From contig CAYQZD010000002.1 of the NCBI GenBank assembly GCA_964421875.1, positions 8,747 through 72,746 on the forward strand: a DNA stretch of 64,000 nt, given 5' to 3'. Made by a program: the position numbers and the translations under genes. Shown here piece after piece: positions 58,733-64,000 of this stretch. Positions within the stretch are counted from its first letter, which is position 1. Each line of letters opens with the position of its first letter. Source of the DNA: an uncultured bacterium (GTDB lineage: Bacteria > Electryoneota > Tariuqbacteria > Tariuqbacterales > Tariuqbacteraceae). The notes below the pieces were generated by a model. That model did not search any database and was not told the origin of the DNA. It was given only the letters and a program-made list of their open reading frames with translations.

Positions 58733-60121
58733 TTATCCCTCCTCAGGAAAGATTTTTCCCGGATTGAGAAGATTCTTAGGGTCGAAAACAGACTTAATCC
58801 TCCGCTGAAATGCGATGCTTTCGGCCGAAAGCTGAAGTGGGAGATACTTACGCTTCGCCAAACCTATGCCATGCTCACCGGAAATCGTGCCCTCCAAACG
58901 CACAACCTCCTTTAAAACACGTTCCACTCCCCCAAGCGCACGAGCCTCCTGAACCGGGTCGTTACGGTCGAAAATGAAATTGACATGAAGATTGCCGTCC
59001 CCGGAATGTCCGTAAACCGGCATCGTCACCCCGATTTCCTCGGAAAGTTCCTCGGCGAAAGCCACCAAATCCGCGATCCTGCCTCGAGGAACCGACACAT
59101 CCTCGTTGATTTTGCCGCTCGCCAGCCGGGTAAGCGAAGGAGAGATTGAACGCCGCAGCTTCCACAGGTTCTCCCGTTCCGCCTCCGCTTCACCGATCTT
59201 TACCCGCATCGCTCCGAAATCACGGCATAATTCCTCAGTCCTCTCCCCCAGAATCCGGTTCAAATCATCGGATTCGTCATATTCTATCAACAGCGCTGCG
59301 TTAGTTGCTTCGGACACATCAAGTTCAACATAACTGGTGATTGCCTGAAGTGTAGTCCGGTCGATGAACTCCATTATCGAAGGAGTGTGCCCTGAATTCA
59401 ATATCGCCGTCACCGCTTTCGCTGCATCGACCGCCGCGCCGAACTCCACCAGCAGAGTCAAATGAGAAAGCGGCGCTTGAATCAACCTCAGCGCCGCCTT
59501 GACTATGATACCTAAAGTCCCTTCGCTACCGCACATTAAAGGAGTCAAATCCAAAGGAGAACGGTAATCGTCCAGCCAGCCAGCGCGCTGCGCTTCACCC
59601 TCCATACTTACGAATTCAATCCCTAAAACATAATCCGAGGTCACCCCGTATTTTAGACAGTGTAAACCGCCGGCGTTTTCAGCAATATTCCCCCCGATGG
59701 TGCAGACCTTATAACTCGATGGATCCGGCGGGTAAAAAAGCCCCAGCTTCGCTGTCTCGTCCTGTAATTTAGAGGTAATCACTCCGGGCTCAACTACAGC
59801 TACCCGTCGCTCCCCGTCGATTGATAATATCCGCTTCATCCGCTCGAAGGAAAGCGCAATACCCCCCCGCTGAGGAACCGCTCCACCGGACATACCAGTC
59901 CCCGCGCCCCGAACCGCAATCGGTATCCCAAACTTCGAAGCGGTCTTAACTGTATGGGATACATCGGCAGCGTCCGCTGCGAATACAACCGCCATCGGAA
60001 GACCGCGCTCCCGCCAGACATCTGCAGCGTAAACTATAGCCGCTTCCGGGGAACATTCCACCTTTCCTTCGCCTAATTTACGCTTTAATTCCTTTATCAC
60101 CGGGTTCTTGGGTGAAGCCAT
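58733..60121 (-). CDS. FAD-linked oxidase (GlcD / D-lactate dehydrogenase family)
   Basis: PCMH-type FAD-binding domain (RGAGTGMSGGAVP) and a C-terminal FAD-oxidase domain; 462 aa. Confidence 0.75.
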   Translation of the reverse strand: MASPKNPVIKELKRKLGEGKVECSPEAAIVYAADVWRERGLPMAVVFAADAADVSHTVKTASKFGIPIAVRGAGTGMSGGAVPQRGGIALSFERMKRILSIDGERRVAVVEPGVITSKLQDETAKLGLFYPPDPSSYKVCTIGGNIAENAGGLHCLKYGVTSDYVLGIEFVSMEGEAQRAGWLDDYRSPLDLTPLMCGSEGTLGIIVKAALRLIQAPLSHLTLLVEFGAAVDAAKAVTAILNSGHTPSIMEFIDRTTLQAITSYVELDVSEATNAALLIEYDESDDLNRILGERTEELCRDFGAMRVKIGEAEAERENLWKLRRSISPSLTRLASGKINEDVSVPRGRIADLVAFAEELSEEIGVTMPVYGHSGDGNLHVNFIFDRNDPVQEARALGGVERVLKEVVRLEGTISGEHGIGLAKRKYLPLQLSAESIAFQRRIKSVFDPKNLLNPGKIFPEEG

Positions 60122-60128
60122 CAGGGCC

Positions 60129-60398
60129 CTATTTCTCGCTGGATGTGTCGGATTTTACTGTTTTCTGCGGCACGGTTTCGGTGGGTTTGTAGTGTTTCCG
60201 GCCGTTGCCGTCCGATTTACGCTTATAATCCGTCTCGTAGAAACCGCTGCCCTTGAAAATCAATCCCGCGCCCCCGGAAATCAATCGTTCAACCCGCCCT
60301 TTGCAGCGGGGGCATATCTTTATCGGTTCCGATAGAATACTCTGGAAAGCCTCGAACTGATAATGGCATCTGCTGCACCTGTACTCGTATGTCGGCAT
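60129..60398 (-). CDS. FmdB-family zinc-ribbon protein (second paralogue)
   Basis: MPTYEYRCSRCHYQFE...CPRCKG. Confidence 0.7.
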   Translation of the reverse strand: MPTYEYRCSRCHYQFEAFQSILSEPIKICPRCKGRVERLISGGAGLIFKGSGFYETDYKRKSDGNGRKHYKPTETVPQKTVKSDTSSEK

Positions 60399-60499
60399 CG
60401 TTGTGTCTTATGTTATTGTTATTGTTGTAGGTATTAAGAAATATCAGTGATTACACATATCTGAGAAAAGTCTGCAAGTTTGCAGGTCAACACGTTTTC

Positions 60500-60702
60500 G
60501 TGCCCGCCGGGTCCCCGCACCCGGCGGCATTGAACGGCGGATTTCTCGTTCCCACGCTCCCGCGTGGGAATACAGACATATCTGCTGTCGACTCTCCGTA
60601 GTCTAAAGCATATTCAGTATTAATAATAACTTAAATAAACGTTTTCGTAGGGTGGGTTCTTAACCCACCAATTTACAAGTCATTCCGGCGCAGCCGGAAT
60701 CC
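60500..60702. repeat. Mosaic REP-like cluster (C', E, B, A)
   Basis: CCGCCGGGTccccgcACCCGGCGG (60503-60526); TTCCCACGCtcccGCGTGGGAA (60548-60569); GTAGGGTGGGTTcttAACCCACC (60647-60669); gtcATTCCGGCgcaGCCGGAATcc (60679-60702). Confidence 0.8.
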
Positions 60703-60968
60703 TTCTTCCAGCTTTTACTCGGAATCCTCCTTCTGTTTCCCCCCTTTTTAAAAGGCGGGCAGGGGAGATTATAGCGGCTTTAAACGCTATTACCGCAAAA
60801 TCGCCCGGGCCTTCAAGTATAAGCCCCTAAGTATAAATCGACTTTTTTCACCAAAAACTTGACAAATGTGCAGCAATTTTGCATATTACCTGAGAGGGGG
60901 CTTTTAAAAACCGGGGGAGCGGCGGTCCCGGGTTAATCACCCCGCCCCCATCATTTCTATCGGAATAA

Positions 60969-62837
60969 TCACTTAAACCGCGAACTAACCATCCGCGGAG
61001 GTCTCAGCTTCATTTTGTCAGGGATGGTGATTTCGAATTCCGCCGGCCACTCGTCCAAATCCTTCTTGGATTCCTTATCTTCCATAGCTTCGGATGGAAT
61101 GTCGGCCGGGACCGAGACCCGGTCCTTCCGTTTGGGAGCGATTTTGAAGGAATCCTCCGCCCAGCGCTTGATTTCCGGGTTCAACCCCTCGGAATTTATC
61201 TCCTCCGTGAATTTACGACGGCCCTCGACCAGATCCTGAATGTAATGGTCGATTTGCTCCTGGCTGTAAAGGTTCTTCGCTTCGTATTGGTCCAGATTGA
61301 AATCCTCGCACTTAACCGGGTATTCCGTGCCCACTACCCCCATCGCGTATTCGTTGGAACGGCGCAAATCCCCCCGTTGCAGCGCCGCCATCAGGTTGAT
61401 GGGGACCCGCTGCACCTTGCGAATCAGATTCTTCCGACCGTCCTTGACCTCGATGATTTCACCTACGCCGCCAGTGTTGTACTGGAAGAAGTGAACCTTC
61501 CCCGGATATTTCTCCAGCATATTGAACACGATGTTGCGGAATCGATTGACCTTACGCGCCCGCGAACCGATGATGAAATCGTCGGTCCCTACAATCCGCA
61601 CCGAATCCCCCGCTTTCTCCGGGCGGGTGGCGAAACTGTGAGTCGATTCCCCCCACAGATACGCCAGCACCCCTTGCTCCGGGGTCAAACGCTGCGCGAA
61701 GGGCATAATCGTATTCCGGCGCGTAATGAAGGCGAAAACCACCCCGTCCAACTCGTCCAGATTGGGCATATTGATGGAGTTAGCCATAATGCCCACCATT
61801 CTCCCTTCGCTCTTCACCTTCAGCTTGTCCGGATGTATCACCGCCCGGCCGTTGGCGCAAAGGTTCTCGTCCAGGAAGTCGGGCTGTCCTTGAGCGTCTA
61901 TCATCACATTCTCGTAGAGGGCGCTCTTGTCGATGAGCGCGTTGTACATCGCCTCCTGAAGGTATTTATCCACGTCCGTCTTCACGAAAAAGCCCACCTC
62001 CGAACCGTAGGAGCTGCCGTCCGGCCGCAGGAATACGATGTCATCCTGCAGCGCACGCGTTTCCTCCTTTTTCCGCCCCTCCAATCCGAGTTGATGGCAG
62101 GACCAGGTCGATTTGCCGGTGGCGGTCAGCCCGAACATAAAAACGCCGTAGGTCTTGAGTTTATTATCCTTAGCGTCCTTGACCCGGACAATTTTGGTTC
62201 CGGCGTGGAGTCCCAGCATACCGTGTTCATCGGCGTACCACATCGCCTGCCGCAGAAATCCCTTTTTATCCTCCCCCATATAGTCTGAACCCAGACAGAC
62301 ATTCAGGTTATGCTCCGGCAGTGCCAGCACCTGCTGGCGAATGGAATGCTCCTCCGGGATGTGAATCATAATGAATTCCGGTCCCGGCTTCCGCTTATCC
62401 ACCTCCGCCATGGTGTTTCCCCACATATACGCAAGGCGGTAATTTTTGGGGTCGGCGATGGATATATAGAGTTCGCACACCGGATTATACTCATCGTTGT
62501 TCCCCATCCGGCGCCGAATCTTCACAAAGGGCAGAGTCCTCATTAAGTGCAGGACTTTGTGCAACTCTTCTTCGTGGTTGGTCAATATAATTCTATGTAA
62601 ATCAGTCAATTGCGGCAGCCTGACCGAGGGCGAACCGAGGTAAACCGTTTTCGCCCCCAAACGACTGGAAACCGCGCTCCGCCATCCATAGGAGCCGAAT
62701 ACCGACCGTTTGCCGGTTTTTTGCGCGAGGGGGCGGATTTCGTTTAGTCGCATCTCACGGATGTTCTTGCCGTTCAGACAGCTTTGCAGATTCTCGTAGA
62801 ACTGGTCATAAGACCTGGTATTGTAATAATCAGACAA
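60969..62837 (-). CDS. Phosphoenolpyruvate carboxykinase (ATP)-family protein, unusually long (622 aa)
   Basis: Kinase-1a-like FMFGLTATGKSTWS (compare PckA FFGLSGTGKTTLS); LQDDIVFLRPDG..FFVKT; ANGRAVIHP; FQYNTGGVG. Confidence 0.55.
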   Translation of the reverse strand: MSDYYNTRSYDQFYENLQSCLNGKNIREMRLNEIRPLAQKTGKRSVFGSYGWRSAVSSRLGAKTVYLGSPSVRLPQLTDLHRIILTNHEEELHKVLHLMRTLPFVKIRRRMGNNDEYNPVCELYISIADPKNYRLAYMWGNTMAEVDKRKPGPEFIMIHIPEEHSIRQQVLALPEHNLNVCLGSDYMGEDKKGFLRQAMWYADEHGMLGLHAGTKIVRVKDAKDNKLKTYGVFMFGLTATGKSTWSCHQLGLEGRKKEETRALQDDIVFLRPDGSSYGSEVGFFVKTDVDKYLQEAMYNALIDKSALYENVMIDAQGQPDFLDENLCANGRAVIHPDKLKVKSEGRMVGIMANSINMPNLDELDGVVFAFITRRNTIMPFAQRLTPEQGVLAYLWGESTHSFATRPEKAGDSVRIVGTDDFIIGSRARKVNRFRNIVFNMLEKYPGKVHFFQYNTGGVGEIIEVKDGRKNLIRKVQRVPINLMAALQRGDLRRSNEYAMGVVGTEYPVKCEDFNLDQYEAKNLYSQEQIDHYIQDLVEGRRKFTEEINSEGLNPEIKRWAEDSFKIAPKRKDRVSVPADIPSEAMEDKESKKDLDEWPAEFEITIPDKMKLRPPRMVSSRFK

Positions 62838-63116
62838 CTGTGAAGTCCTCCGAATGTTAATCGTTGATAATCTATAACAAAAGCGGCTTTAATGCATGAG
62901 TAACACTTTGTCGTTTGAAGCGCAAACGTCATCAGCCGTACGGCTGATCCTTCTTTTTCGGAGGGATTCCGGCTGCGCCGGAATGACGATATGGTGCGCG
63001 ATGCTTTTAGGAATACGGACTAACTCCGGGAATATAGTTCCATAATTTAATTTTTATAAATCAAAGCCCGCCTTATAATGCTATCCTTGACCTGTTGACT
63101 TGCAGGCCTGCCGACT

Positions 63117-64000
63117 CTAATATTCATAGCCGTCGATGGATACCGACCTTGCCAGCGGGTCCCAGAAGGGTAGTTTGACCGGTTTAGTATCCAGCATTTT
63201 CAACACATCTTCGTCCAGGTATTTTTTGTCGATGACAATGGAGAAGCCGAAATTCGTGAACCACTCGTCGGTCATCGCGAAGAAGCCCCCGTCGCCCCGG
63301 TCGGAGCCCCAGCTATTCTCCACCTTCCACTTCATAGGCTTGCCATCGACTACATCCACACCCACCAGCGCCATGGAATGGTTGGGGGCGCTTTCACGGG
63401 TGATAATCCAATCGGTTTTATCGAAGGGGAGTTCGACTCCTATCAGCGATTCGTAATCGAACAATCCCAGCGCCAGGTAGCCCTTTTTACTATCCCGTTG
63501 CTGTCCGACATCCACGCTGAATTGCAGCGGGACCGTATCTTGCAGCACTTTAAGGGCGTAATCTTTAATCACCTGCATATCCAGGTTGAGGAAGGTCCAG
63601 TCCATCCCTTCAAGCTGTCCCCGTCCCAGTTTTATCCGGTAGTTTTTATCGTAAGGCTGGCTGGGGCAGTTACAGAGCACCGCGTAATTGTTCAAATCCA
63701 CCCCTACGACCTCATCGTAGAAACTCTTGGGGGTATAGGTTTTCACCGGCTGCTTATTGCCGTCCTTGTCCACATATTTCCATTCGAATTCGGCGGGCGG
63801 TTCCCCCAGCATAAACACCAGGACTCGGTAGATATCTTTCAGCATTTCGATTTTAGCTTTCCGCAGCTTCTTATCGTTGGTTCCTTTCCGGGTCATTTGC
63901 AGCATTTCCGCAGCGTCGGAACGGAGGCGCATTTTCAGGATATTGTTCATTTCACGAGTGGCGGCGCTGTGTTTTGACTCCGGCATCGCTTCTTTGGGAA
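63117..64000 (-). CDS. pepC: Aminopeptidase C / bleomycin hydrolase (C1B peptidase); 5'-partial, the N-terminus lies beyond the window end
   Basis: C-terminal ...KVENSWGSDRGDGGFFAMTDEWFTNFGFSIVIDKKYL papain-family His/Asn region. The ORF is open to the window edge. Confidence 0.75.
   Translation of the reverse strand, partial: PKEAMPESKHSAATREMNNILKMRLRSDAAEMLQMTRKGTNDKKLRKAKIEMLKDIYRVLVFMLGEPPAEFEWKYVDKDGNKQPVKTYTPKSFYDEVVGVDLNNYAVLCNCPSQPYDKNYRIKLGRGQLEGMDWTFLNLDMQVIKDYALKVLQDTVPLQFSVDVGQQRDSKKGYLALGLFDYESLIGVELPFDKTDWIITRESAPNHSMALVGVDVVDGKPMKWKVENSWGSDRGDGGFFAMTDEWFTNFGFSIVIDKKYLDEDVLKMLDTKPVKLPFWDPLARSVSIDGYEY

Overview
This window is mostly housekeeping genes from a fairly GC-rich (~55%) bacterium that secretes proteins by the type IX secretion system (T9SS); it has five accessory features and a dense population of REP-like hairpin repeats. 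The lineage call rests on three cargo proteins that carry the T9SS C-terminal sorting domain, which points to the FCB group; the exact lineage is not resolvable from sequence alone.

Core content:
- Beta-oxidation genes: an acyl-CoA ligase, an old-yellow-enzyme/dienoyl-CoA-reductase-like flavoprotein, a 3-hydroxyacyl-CoA dehydrogenase and an acyl-CoA dehydrogenase.
- A glycolytic block pfk – gap – [unknown gene] – pgk – tpiA – secG – tRNA-Leu.
- ackA, the NfnAB-like transhydrogenase pair, and yceD – rpmF – plsX – fabH – fabD – acpP – fabF – rnc (no fabG).
- trxB, acyP, apt, gpsA, purM, feoB with two DtxR-like regulators, mutS, a SPOR-domain gene, lapB – lapA, miaB, a family-level inositol-monophosphatase (SuhB-like) gene, a GlcD-like FAD oxidase, a PEPCK-like protein and a partial aminopeptidase C (pepC).

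Accessory or unusual content:
- Two T9SS cargo genes at the window start plus an orphan duplicated sorting-domain fragment, and a third cargo gene (beta-helix) further in.
- A HEPN–MNT toxin–antitoxin pair between pfk and gap.
- An uncharacterised 337-aa gene wedged between gap and pgk.
- A PduS-like Fe-S flavoprotein translationally coupled to a PduT-like tandem-BMC shell protein, with no other microcompartment genes in the window. It is followed directly by a partner-switching module (STAS / GAF-PP2C / RsbW-type kinase) with no sigma factor nearby.
- Many intergenic hairpin repeats in several families: the widespread REP-like hairpins with stem covariation, an array of four roughly 85-nt MITE-like inverted-repeat elements at 15.4–16.1 kb, a 90-nt element present twice, and ACTTGTNA octamer runs.

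No rRNA, CRISPR array, integrase or transposase was recognised.
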